This document shows, piece after piece, positions 9,395 through 18,259 of a stretch of DNA of 64,000 nt. The notes beneath the pieces were generated by a model. That model made no database searches and had not been told where the DNA came from. It saw nothing but the letters and a program-made list of their open reading frames with translations. Numbering within the stretch: position 1 is the stretch's first letter; each line of letters opens with the position of its first letter. The position numbers and the translations under genes are program-made. This stretch comes from Candidatus Saccharimonadota bacterium (lineage in GTDB: Bacteria; Patescibacteriota; Saccharimonadia; Saccharimonadales; 2-12-FULL-41-12). The stretch covers positions 77,985-141,984 of the forward strand of contig JALHOM010000001.1 of NCBI GenBank assembly GCA_022842995.1. Reading direction: 5' to 3'.

Positions 9395-9425
9395 AAGTCT
9401 TTGCCACTCATTACGAGTAAGACTT
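9395..9425 (-). promoter_or_regulatory. hairpin in the rpsO-pnp leader
   Basis: Minus strand AAGTCTTACTC-gtaat-GAGTggcAAAGACTT, about 45 nt upstream of the pnp ATG. E. coli pnp has an autoregulatory leader hairpin; the analogy is only positional. Confidence 0.3.
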
Positions 9426-9646
9426 GATATACCTGCTTTCGGTGCGACCACTATTTGATCTTAGTCACTCTAGCACCTAATCATTATAGATTAGTTCGTT
9501 ATAAATGTGGGCAGAACTTGCATCTCTTTACACGCCTTAAGAGGTGAGCTCCGTAGAGAACGCACCATTTTTCATTTATTTTTACTTGGTGCTCTCATTT
9601 CGGTGCATTCGCCGCGTGGGTGAACGCACACCAATGAAAGTATCAA

Positions 9647-9913
9647 TTATCTTCTAATACCGAGCTTCTGGATCAAGTCGAGGTATTTTTGGCTGTCTTT
9701 TTCGGCAATATAACGAAGCAAGCGCTTGCGCTTACCTACCATTTGCAAAAGTCCACGGCGAGCCATGAAATCTTTTTTGTTCACTTTAAGATGCTCGGTA
9801 ACTTCAGTGATACGAGCAGTCAATATACCTACCTGTGCTTCAGGAGAGCCAGTATTTTTCTTGTCTTTAGCAAGATCGGCAACAATAGCCTGTTTTTTCT
9901 CAGATGTAATCAT
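9647..9913 (-). CDS. rpsO: 30S ribosomal protein S15
   Basis: MITSEKKQAIV...GSPEAQVGILTARI...RRGLLQMVGKRKRLLRYI. The start is taken at the internal Met, which gives about 88 aa. Confidence 0.9.
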   Translation of the reverse strand: MITSEKKQAIVADLAKDKKNTGSPEAQVGILTARITEVTEHLKVNKKDFMARRGLLQMVGKRKRLLRYIAEKDSQKYLDLIQKLGIRR

Positions 9914-9957
9914 TAGAAAGTAGGATATCACTTTATCCACAGGATTGCAAGATGATA

Positions 9958-10482
9958 TCAGGCTGTTTTTACGCCAGGAAGGACCATCATTCGAGTCCCT
10001 GGATCATTAATGGTACTCAGACTCACAGGGTCAAGATTTGGTAACCAAGGTTCTCTGTTTCCTATTTTGTGATCCAATAATTGAGCGGCAAGTTTTTCTA
10101 GTTGGCTGGCTTGCACACTATCAAACCCATCGGAAATCTCAGGATTTTGGCCTGGCGCATCCCCCAGCTTATAGCGTACAACAGGAACGGATTTAAAAAC
10201 TTGCACCAGACCATCGGCGCCTAGTTCAACATCAACAATATTTACCAATAATTCTTCACGGCCGTGCCCATCTTCTGTTTCTTCAGGTCGAATATATCGC
10301 CGAGCAATTACCGGCCTGACTTGGGGGTTCTCTTTTAAATCAACGTTCGTAGCGTTTTCTACAGAGCCGAGTACCCCCGACTGTCGTAGTTCTTTGGCGA
10401 TGACTAGCTGGACATCCAAAAGATCAAATCTCTGGTCTTGAATTGCTGGAATTTCTCGTTTTACTGTTTGTTTTTCTGGCAT
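9958..10482 (-). CDS. hypothetical protein
   Basis: 174-aa ORF with coding-like composition. No family recognised. Confidence 0.5.
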   Translation of the reverse strand: MPEKQTVKREIPAIQDQRFDLLDVQLVIAKELRQSGVLGSVENATNVDLKENPQVRPVIARRYIRPEETEDGHGREELLVNIVDVELGADGLVQVFKSVPVVRYKLGDAPGQNPEISDGFDSVQASQLEKLAAQLLDHKIGNREPWLPNLDPVSLSTINDPGTRMMVLPGVKTA

Positions 10483-10532
10483 TATGCAATAATTATATAT
10501 TACTTATGCTTATTTGTCAATTCTATTGTTAT

Positions 10533-11096
10533 CTAGAATAATCGCTCTTCTTCTCCGTAGGTCGGTTCCTGAGGCTCTTGGATATCAGGCTTTTCTGGTT
10601 TGGCATGTAGCATTTCACCAAGAGTTAATGACGTCATAAAGGGCGGCACCTCAAAGTAATTCCCTGGATTTTCGCAGGTACTTAATATAGCCACAAGAGG
10701 AATCGGGTAACCTTGGACGAATCGATAATAATCCGTCAAGCCAGGTTTTTCTTCATCTAAGAAACTACCCGCTAGATCTACTAGGCCTCTACCGACGGTT
10801 CGCAAACGGTGGATAGAATTGAAGTAATTTTCTAAACTTGACCCAAAAACGGCACGATCCGGACCTTCAGCCAAAGCCAACGCAACCTCAACTGCTTCAA
10901 GATGTCGTGCTTCAGCTTGCTCTGCATTATCCAGCGATGACCCCCACTGATGCTCCGGCAGTCCTGAGCCTCTTACCTCGAGCATCCTTAGTATGCTATT
11001 AAATGCCCGCTTAGATAGGTATTTATCCGACCCGTGAACTGGATTGTAATATCCGTTGGTTTTTAATTCTCCCATTGAGTTTGATGGTAGCAACAA
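10533..11096 (-). CDS. hypothetical protein
   Basis: 187-aa ORF. No family recognised. Confidence 0.5.
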   Translation of the reverse strand: MLLPSNSMGELKTNGYYNPVHGSDKYLSKRAFNSILRMLEVRGSGLPEHQWGSSLDNAEQAEARHLEAVEVALALAEGPDRAVFGSSLENYFNSIHRLRTVGRGLVDLAGSFLDEEKPGLTDYYRFVQGYPIPLVAILSTCENPGNYFEVPPFMTSLTLGEMLHAKPEKPDIQEPQEPTYGEEERLF

Positions 11097-11162
11097 GCAA
11101 ACGGGCTGGGTAGGTTTTGGTGTAAATTAGACCGTCTTAGACCGCTACCTCTGTCGACTTTT

Positions 11163-12827
11163 TCATGATTCCGACGACACTATGTCGATCTGCTCGGCCT
11201 TTATTTTGGCGGTGAAATAGCTATCGTGTGAGACATAGATGATCGCACCACTGTAGCGAGCGAGAGCAGTTTCTAGCTCTTCGACGCTCGGTAGATCGAG
11301 ATGGTTTGTTGGTTCGTCCAATATCAAGATTTGCGGATCGTCGGCCAGCATACTGATCAGTTGGAAACGAGCTTTTTGGCCGCCAGACAGTTGTTCGAGC
11401 AGTAATTGAGCATCTCCTTGAGGATGAAACAAGTAGTCGCTGAGTAGTTGCCTAACCCGCTGATCGCTAGAATTAACACCCTTTTGCAGTAGCACCTTCT
11501 CTACCGCATCAAACAACGTCATTTCCAGCATTTGAGGCGCAATTTCTTGCTCGTAAACACCTATGCGAAGCTCTTTTTCTACGACGATATGACCTGCAAA
11601 TTTAGTGCACGGCAGTTCTTTGCCTCGGTGCTGAGACAAAATTGCTTTTATGAGCGTGGTTTTTCCGGCGCCGTTACGACCATGCAGTCGCAAACGATCA
11701 CCTTCGCGTAACTGAAACGAAATCCCTTCAAACAACGGCGCTTCATATCCCAGGCTGAGTTCGTGTGCCTCGATCAGCAGACGCGACCCATTTGTCGTAG
11801 ATTTTTTGGTGTTGATCTTGATGTTTTTGGCTTTGTGCTTGTCGTAAGAGCCGGTAATTTTATCGTTCATGCCCTGCAAAGATTCTTGGTCGATCCAGAA
11901 ACTTGGTTTATCGAGTTGCTGTAAACGTGCCAGGTCGTCTCGGGCGCGCTGTTCTTGACCCTTAAAACGCTTGATGGTGTCTGGGTCCCTAGCCCGCTCT
12001 TTGAGCCTCTGAAAGCGAATAACATCGTTTTTTAGATTGGTTATGCGACTCTGGGTTACTTCGTATTCGTTCACTTCGGAAACAATTTTATTGGCATTTG
12101 TCCGTAAATAATCGTCATAATTCCCCGAAAAACTCAGGGCTCGGCCATCACGAATCTCGATAATCCTATCAACTTCGTGAAGGACGTCTCGGTCATGAGT
12201 TATCACTAATACTGCTGCTTGCTCGAGCCTGAGCCAGTCGATAAATTTATCTTTGGCGGCATAATCCATATGGTTGGTCGGCTCATCGATCAAAACAAGC
12301 TCGGCGTTGGCGTGCTGGATTTTTACCAGCTCAACAAATCTTTTCTGGCCACCAGATAACCGTCCGAGGGAACCTCTAATCTGTTCTTCAGATAGTTGAT
12401 AGGCCTCCAGACTCTGAACGATCTCACTTTCAACCATGAAATAACCAAGCGTATTAAATTGCTCTAGCGCCTCGCTGAACTCATTCATTTTCCTGACGCT
12501 CGTTCCCATGGTTTCGGGATACGTGTCGATAATGTGTTTTAGTTTCGTATACTGCGGAAGGTCGTCGAGGATATATTCCATGACCGGAGTATTTTCGTAC
12601 GCCTGGTGCTCTTGCCGAGAAGAGACAATGATGAGATTTTTGCGGAACTTAATTTCCCCGCTGTAGTCTTGGTCGGCGCCATTTAACATACTAAATAAGG
12701 TACTTTTGCCGGTACCGTTTCGACCAACCACGCCTATTTTTTCTTTGGCTTGAATCGATAATTTCAGGTCCCGGTACAGTACTTTTGGACCAAACGACTT
12801 CTCGAGGATTTCTATATCGGCAATCAC
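11163..12827 (-). CDS. ABC-F family ATPase (two ABC cassettes, no TM domain)
   Basis: First cassette: GRNGTGKST / LSGGQKRFV / LIDEPTNHMD. Second cassette: GRNGAGKTT / LSGGQKARF / ILDEPTNHLD. A charged linker joins them. Confidence 0.85.
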   Translation of the reverse strand: MIADIEILEKSFGPKVLYRDLKLSIQAKEKIGVVGRNGTGKSTLFSMLNGADQDYSGEIKFRKNLIIVSSRQEHQAYENTPVMEYILDDLPQYTKLKHIIDTYPETMGTSVRKMNEFSEALEQFNTLGYFMVESEIVQSLEAYQLSEEQIRGSLGRLSGGQKRFVELVKIQHANAELVLIDEPTNHMDYAAKDKFIDWLRLEQAAVLVITHDRDVLHEVDRIIEIRDGRALSFSGNYDDYLRTNANKIVSEVNEYEVTQSRITNLKNDVIRFQRLKERARDPDTIKRFKGQEQRARDDLARLQQLDKPSFWIDQESLQGMNDKITGSYDKHKAKNIKINTKKSTTNGSRLLIEAHELSLGYEAPLFEGISFQLREGDRLRLHGRNGAGKTTLIKAILSQHRGKELPCTKFAGHIVVEKELRIGVYEQEIAPQMLEMTLFDAVEKVLLQKGVNSSDQRVRQLLSDYLFHPQGDAQLLLEQLSGGQKARFQLISMLADDPQILILDEPTNHLDLPSVEELETALARYSGAIIYVSHDSYFTAKIKAEQIDIVSSES

Positions 12828-13531
12828 GGGACCAAGACTATTTTTTCTGCGCTGACATCGGGCACATTACAGGACTCATCGACACTATATTCGGCTACTT
12901 TTGTGCGCCGCAAGCCCGACAGATACGCTCCTGTTCCTAATTTTTCGCCGATATCTTGCGCCAGACTACGGATATACGTACCGCTGCTGACATGAACCCG
13001 GAAATCAACTTTTGGATAGCTGTAGTCAATGAGCTCAATTGCGAAAATCTCGATAGTCCGTGGCTCTAATTTGACCTCTTTGCCAGCCCGAGCCAAATCA
13101 TACGCCTTTTGACCATTGATCTTAATTGCCGAATACATGGGCGGGGTTTGTAAGCTTTTGCCTAAAAAACTCTTTAAAACAGTGCGTAGTTCTTCGTCTT
13201 TAATCTTTAAACTTGCACCTTTTGTCTTGATACCTTCTTCATCTCCGGTGGTCGAGGTTAAGCCGAGGGTCATTTGCGCTTCGTAGACCTTGTCTGGCTT
13301 AGAAAACTCTTGGGCGCGCTTGCAATACGACCCGACAACCACAATCATTAGGCCACTGGCCAGAGGATCGAGGGTTCCGGTGTGTCCCACTTTGATTTTC
13401 TTTTTTACCCCGAATTCTTCTTGGTACTGCCGACTCAACGCTCCACGGATTTTTGCGACTACATCAAAAGAAGACCAACCAAGTGGCTTGTCGACCAATA
13501 CAATCCCGTCGTAATTACTACTCATATGCAC
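12824..13531 (-). CDS. truB: tRNA pseudouridine-55 synthase
   Basis: GHTGTLDPLASGLM catalytic motif. Short form of 235 aa. 4-nt overlap with the downstream ABC-F gene. Confidence 0.85.
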   Translation of the reverse strand: MHMSSNYDGIVLVDKPLGWSSFDVVAKIRGALSRQYQEEFGVKKKIKVGHTGTLDPLASGLMIVVVGSYCKRAQEFSKPDKVYEAQMTLGLTSTTGDEEGIKTKGASLKIKDEELRTVLKSFLGKSLQTPPMYSAIKINGQKAYDLARAGKEVKLEPRTIEIFAIELIDYSYPKVDFRVHVSSGTYIRSLAQDIGEKLGTGAYLSGLRRTKVAEYSVDESCNVPDVSAEKIVLVP

Positions 13532-13608
13532 CTAAGCCTACCAAAGTAGCGCTTAATCAGCCAACCAAATAGTCGAGTCTGAGCCCAGGGTTCGCCCCGA
13601 GACCCGTC

Positions 13609-15300
13609 CTACATCAATGATGGCGGAGGTGGTAACGGTGGTGGCACCGAAGGAGGAGTCCCCGGCTGACCTGGCAATGCGCCAACCTGAGCTGGCTGAG
13701 GTTGCTGATTCAAATCCGTACCTAAAGGCTGAGCGCCCAACGCGTGGATAGGTTCTGGTCGATAATCGGTTGAGGCTGCAACGGCTCGCTCTACCGCTTC
13801 AGAAGCGTACTGTGGATCGATCTGCTGAGCAGGCATCGGCTCTGGCTGAGGAGACGCTGGAGCTGGTGTATCTTGATACTGCATCACATGAGGGCTGTTG
13901 ACCGATTTCTCGAGGTCAGATAATGTCTGCGGGCCTTCGGCATTCGCAAACTGATCATTCGATGATGATGGCTCGATTCGGTTATGACCATGAGCCTGAG
14001 CTGAAGACGCTGGCGCGGTTAACGGATCTGGTGCGTGAGCATACATTCTGTCGGTGGCTTCGGTGTTAGCGGTTAGTTGACCGCCAAATGTCGGTGGCTC
14101 GAAAATCATAGTTGGACCACTTGTGACTTGCGGCTGTTCAGCTTGATCAACAGCGGCCGGAGCGTCCACTGCCGGTTCTGGCAAATGTAGCTCTGGATCC
14201 TTTGGAGCCTCTGTCATCAGCATGGACTCGGTGGCTGCCACCGGCCTAACCGCGTTTGGTTCGGCCTCTACGCGTGCCTCTTCAATAATTTCTGACATTT
14301 TAGCCAAACGACCGGTGTCGTCGATGTGAATATCGTTCGGATCGTGATCGATCTGAATCACCCCGTCATTGTTTTTTTCTTTGGCCGGTTCTTCGGCTTT
14401 TGGATCATCTGGGGCTTCAGAGGCATTTTCTTCGACAGAATCAGTAGGTTGCTTTGGAGCTTGCTCCGCTTTCGGTGCTTCTTCATGGGATTCTTCTGGC
14501 TTTTCTGGCTCTGGTTCGGGCTCGGGCTCTGGTTCTGGTTCTTCCAGCTTAGAAGACACCAGCTGGTTATTTGCGCCAGCAGCCATCAAAATTCCTGACA
14601 CCGTCATGGTATGCGGTGAGGCTTTTTCGTTCCTAAATCTATCTGTTTCGGACACAATTCCTGTTAATAGAGCCGTGGCAATCTGCTCATCAAACACCGC
14701 TTCATCGATATTTTGCACGAGATCAGAAACAAGCTCACTTAGACTACTCGCCCCTGGTTCGTTCCAGTTGAGTGATCCGAGATCCGATTCTTGGCCATTG
14801 TTAACAGAAATGATGACTGCGTCATGTAAAATTCGCCCATGCGCCACAATTGCGGCATCGAGTTCTGCCCTGCTATGCACGCCCAGCGCCACTACGGCGT
14901 CGACATTAAAATCACCTTGGCTAAACTCTAAATCTTCCGACGTAATACTGGTTTTATACGGAGTAATAAAGATCTTTACGACACTGTCTTCAACTTTATA
15001 GCGAAGTTTGTCGGCCTTGGATTTATCGAGTGAGATGATGAAGTCGCGCAGGCTATCGGTGTTTTTTTCGATAGTTTTTTCTGGCTCAAGAAAGTCGATG
15101 ACCGAAGGAACATCACCGCTAAATACCGCCGTAGCGTGCTTGTCCTTTTTGTTAAGCGCCAAAGTTAATCCAATACAGGCCGCCAGTTGATCCAAGGTCG
15201 GATCTTTGGCGACAGTTACTAATACGTTATTAGCGTCGTTTAAGCTGGTGGCGATATCCCCTACCAGCGAAGAGGTTGAGGGCTGTGTGTTGGGCGGCAT
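13609..15300 (-). CDS. DHH/NrnA-like protein with degenerate catalytic motifs and a long Pro-rich tail
   Basis: The N-terminal ~250 aa follow the NrnA pattern (TALLTGIVSETDRFRN resembles the DHHA1-side motif). However, DPTLDQ replaces the canonical first-motif His/Asp metal ligands, and no DHH triad is present. Followed by (EP)6 and a P/Q/A-rich tail. Confidence 0.5.
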   Translation of the reverse strand: MPPNTQPSTSSLVGDIATSLNDANNVLVTVAKDPTLDQLAACIGLTLALNKKDKHATAVFSGDVPSVIDFLEPEKTIEKNTDSLRDFIISLDKSKADKLRYKVEDSVVKIFITPYKTSITSEDLEFSQGDFNVDAVVALGVHSRAELDAAIVAHGRILHDAVIISVNNGQESDLGSLNWNEPGASSLSELVSDLVQNIDEAVFDEQIATALLTGIVSETDRFRNEKASPHTMTVSGILMAAGANNQLVSSKLEEPEPEPEPEPEPEKPEESHEEAPKAEQAPKQPTDSVEENASEAPDDPKAEEPAKEKNNDGVIQIDHDPNDIHIDDTGRLAKMSEIIEEARVEAEPNAVRPVAATESMLMTEAPKDPELHLPEPAVDAPAAVDQAEQPQVTSGPTMIFEPPTFGGQLTANTEATDRMYAHAPDPLTAPASSAQAHGHNRIEPSSSNDQFANAEGPQTLSDLEKSVNSPHVMQYQDTPAPASPQPEPMPAQQIDPQYASEAVERAVAASTDYRPEPIHALGAQPLGTDLNQQPQPAQVGALPGQPGTPPSVPPPLPPPPSLM

Positions 15301-15384
15301 TTTTATAGTCTTTTTATTTTGTTAATACTAAGCATAACCGTATCACACTCGCCTCTAAATGTCCAGGGGATCAAAAAACCAAAT

Positions 15385-16542
15385 CTAGTCATCGCCCGGT
15401 TTTAATGCACTGGCAAATTCTGCATTTGCGCCGCCTGCGTGCCATACAAAGAATCCGCCAAGCTGCCCACCCTGATTTAAAGCTTGATCAATAACAGCTC
15501 TTACGACATTCGGACTCGTGCAGCTTGTCCAGGATTTGTTGATTTTCGCGTAACTTGACCCCAGATTTGGGTCATCGATAACTTTTACGCCTGCTTTGAT
15601 AAGTTCAGAGTAGCCAATATCTTCGGTTCGTCCAGCATGATAACTGCCCTTGCTGGTTGCTCCCTTGAATACCCGACAAATTGAATTAAATCCTAGAGAA
15701 ATCTTTTTAGAATCACCGATTTCGTCGATAACGGTCGCCAGATTATTTAAGACGTCTTCCGCATTCGCGACATCACCGGCTTTAGGCGTCCACGACCCCG
15801 AATAGTCATAGCTCATCAGGTGGTATCCGCCGTTACCAATCAATCTGTTCAGCGCTTTAAAATCGTACCCTGCTCTAGATCCATCAAAAGCAGGTATCGC
15901 CAACGTGATTACGGTGTCTGTCGGCAAAGCCGATCTCAACGCAAACATAAATGCCGTAAACTGATTTTTCTGTTCTGCCGCAGGATACTCGAAATCGATA
16001 TCAACCGTTTCATAACCGCCCTCATTTACAGCATTGACGATATCCTGGACCATTCTTTCGGGAGCATCAAGCACTCTGGCCCAATGGGCTTTCAGCTTCT
16101 TGTGCTCTGCCTCATCCTTGCCGTAGCCGCCAACGCCTAAGCCTTTTTTCTTAGCGATTTTGTCGACAACCTCTGTAGCTTGTTGGCTAATTTCTGGCTT
16201 ATCAAGACCGCCTTCAGCATTGGGCACAGCAAAAGACACAATAACAGTATCGTAGGTGTCGTCGGGTAAACCTAAAAGGTCGGCGTAGGAACCCTGTCTG
16301 ACTTCTTCATTCAACCAAGTCGGGAGATAGGCAGTAGTTTGCGACGGAACCTCCGTCTTAACAGTAGAGGCTTGGCCTAATGTAGCATAAGTTGTTGCAG
16401 CAGGATCGGAGTCGGCTTTATTCCCAGACCGATCACCGCAGCCAGCAAGCGCTAAAAATACCGCCGCACCCACAACCGCACCCAACGCCGGTAATTGCCA
16501 GCCTCTCTCTGCCTTACTCTGCAAAGTTGTAATTTTACCCAT
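15385..16542 (-). CDS. GH18 glycoside hydrolase-like lipoprotein
   Basis: Lipobox LALAGC near the N-terminus. GH18 catalytic motif VDIDFEYP. Confidence 0.7.
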   Translation of the reverse strand: MGKITTLQSKAERGWQLPALGAVVGAAVFLALAGCGDRSGNKADSDPAATTYATLGQASTVKTEVPSQTTAYLPTWLNEEVRQGSYADLLGLPDDTYDTVIVSFAVPNAEGGLDKPEISQQATEVVDKIAKKKGLGVGGYGKDEAEHKKLKAHWARVLDAPERMVQDIVNAVNEGGYETVDIDFEYPAAEQKNQFTAFMFALRSALPTDTVITLAIPAFDGSRAGYDFKALNRLIGNGGYHLMSYDYSGSWTPKAGDVANAEDVLNNLATVIDEIGDSKKISLGFNSICRVFKGATSKGSYHAGRTEDIGYSELIKAGVKVIDDPNLGSSYAKINKSWTSCTSPNVVRAVIDQALNQGGQLGGFFVWHAGGANAEFASALKPGDD

Positions 16543-16746
16543 ACACTAAACCTTCTCCGCAATCAATTTATCGTCAAATACCAAACACCAGTGTGAAACT
16601 GTATTTTGTACTATTTTGAATCCTTTGTACATAGCTAAACCCCTGCATCGCAAGAAGTGATAAGCTATAACATATTTACTTTATTTACAACAACCATTAT
16701 AGTGATACAACAGATCAATAAATCAAAAAGGAACTAGTTAAGAACT

Positions 16747-17130
16747 ATGCCTATCATCAAATCAGCGAAAAAACGTGTACGCGTAGCCACCAAGGCTTCG
16801 GCTCGCAACTCAAAAACCAAGCGCAACCTCAAAACTGCAGTGAAGTCACTTCACGCAGCAATCAAAGGTGGCAAAAAGTCTGACGCCGAGCTCAAAAAAG
16901 CTCATAGCGCCATCGACACAGCCGTTAAAAAGAACGTCATTCACAAGAACAAGGCAGCACGCAAGAAAAGCCAGGCAGCAAAAGCAGCCAAAGCTGCAGC
17001 CGGCGTAAGCAAAGCCTCCCCTGCAAAGAAAGCAGTCGCCAAGAAACCTGCAGTTAAAAAAGCAGCTCCTGCCAAAAAAGCAGCTCCGAAGAAGCCGGCT
17101 GCCAAAAAAGCTCCAGCTAAGAAAAAATAA
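16747..17130 (+). CDS. rpsT: 30S ribosomal protein S20 with a Lys/Ala/Pro-rich C-terminal extension
   Basis: MPIIKSAKKRVRV...KNVIHKNKAARKKS core, then AKKPAVKKAAPAKKAAPKKPAAKKAPAKKK. Confidence 0.85.
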   Translation: MPIIKSAKKRVRVATKASARNSKTKRNLKTAVKSLHAAIKGGKKSDAELKKAHSAIDTAVKKNVIHKNKAARKKSQAAKAAKAAAGVSKASPAKKAVAKKPAVKKAAPAKKAAPKKPAAKKAPAKKK

Positions 17131-17148
17131 TTCTTACCAGAATGCTCT

Positions 17149-17178
17149 AAACGCCCGTGTCCTCACGGGCGTTTTTTA
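17149..17178 (+). terminator. rho-independent terminator after rpsT
   Basis: ACGCCCGTG-tcct-CACGGGCGT followed by TTTTTT. Confidence 0.7.
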
Positions 17179-17183
17179 AAGTT

Positions 17184-18101
17184 TTATGCAAGTTTTAGGA
17201 TGGCGAGTTTGAGGGCGTCGTCGAGGTTGTAGGTTTTGTGCTTGGCCGAGTAGTCAATATCGCGCAGCAACTGCAAGTATTCACGAATTTTGTTCACGCC
17301 CATGGAGCGAGCAATTTTCTGAGCCTTGCCTACTACATATGGATTCATTCCTGAGTCACTTGCTACTTTTGAAGCTGGCGCCCCACCGTAGGCCGCACAC
17401 ATTGCCGTGGCATGCATTTGCCAGATAAGCATACCCAAAATTGCCTGGGGTTCTACCTTCTGCGAACGCTGTTCGTCGTATAGTTTCAGCGCCCTGTCAA
17501 TGCGCCCAGAAAAGGCCTCGTCAATGAGGTTAAAAATTGTACTCGTCAGCGTGGGGTCGGTAAGCAGATCGATGTTTGACCTAGTTATTTTTGGTGCATA
17601 GGCAATAAGTTTATCGATTTCGTTCTGTAAATTCCGCTGGTTAGTGCCACAACGTTCCAGGAAATAACCTACGTCAGCAGGCGATATTTCGCCCCCTTTT
17701 GTCGAAACATATTCTTGCACCCATTTTTTGAGCTCGGCCTCATTCATGTCTGACATCTCGACAAATCCCGGCTTTTTTTTGAGCATTTTGTAATATGCCG
17801 AGCGCTTATCGAGCTGGCCCTCTACAATGACGAGGTGCGAATTGTCATCAACCCCTGCCAGTAGTTTTTCTACGGCTTCTTGAAGATCTTTGTTTTCGGA
17901 AGGAGAGGTTAGAAAAATCAACTTATCCTCTGCAAACAATGAAACGCCGGATATCTCAGCCGAGAGATCGCTCGGTGAGCATTCGCTACCCTCTAGGCGA
18001 ATAACCGACAATACGTCGTGAGACGCTAGATACTCGCGCTCGATCTGGCGGACACGTTGACGGATCAAATAAGAATTAGTGCCTGCCAAAATCGTTATCA
18101 T
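17184..18101 (-). CDS. holA: DNA polymerase III delta subunit
   Basis: 305 aa with delta-like length and helical C-terminal half. holA/rpsT adjacency is a conserved neighbourhood in Firmicutes-type genomes. Confidence 0.6.
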   Translation of the reverse strand: MITILAGTNSYLIRQRVRQIEREYLASHDVLSVIRLEGSECSPSDLSAEISGVSLFAEDKLIFLTSPSENKDLQEAVEKLLAGVDDNSHLVIVEGQLDKRSAYYKMLKKKPGFVEMSDMNEAELKKWVQEYVSTKGGEISPADVGYFLERCGTNQRNLQNEIDKLIAYAPKITRSNIDLLTDPTLTSTIFNLIDEAFSGRIDRALKLYDEQRSQKVEPQAILGMLIWQMHATAMCAAYGGAPASKVASDSGMNPYVVGKAQKIARSMGVNKIREYLQLLRDIDYSAKHKTYNLDDALKLAILKLA

Positions 18102-18118
18102 ACATCTAGTTTAGCAAT

Positions 18119-18202
18119 AAAGATAAAAGACTAAAGATTAAAGCGGAAAGATGAAAGACCAAAGATTAAAGATTAAAGACAAAAGAGCAAAGATTAAAGA
18201 GA
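18119..18202. repeat. 12 tandem heptamers AAAGNNN
   Basis: aaagata aaagact aaagatt aaagcgg aaagatg aaagacc aaagatt aaagatt aaagaca aaagagc aaagatt aaagaga. An inverted copy, atctttaatcttt, lies at about 18223-18235. Confidence 0.9.
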
Positions 18203-18239
18203 GCTACGGAGCGCTAACTACTATCTTTAATCTTTCGCC

Positions 18240-18259
18240 TGCCCTAGTAAACTAGGGCA
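18240..18259 (-). terminator. hairpin spanning the mutM stop codon
   Basis: TGCCCTAG-taaa-CTAGGGCA with an 8-bp stem. No U-run. Confidence 0.35.

Noticed and set aside
14480-14560. DNA-level tandem repeat (gagcc/gaacc hexamers) as a regulatory repeat.
   Set aside because: It is the coding sequence of the (EP)6 linker of the DHH-like protein, so it is explained by protein low complexity.
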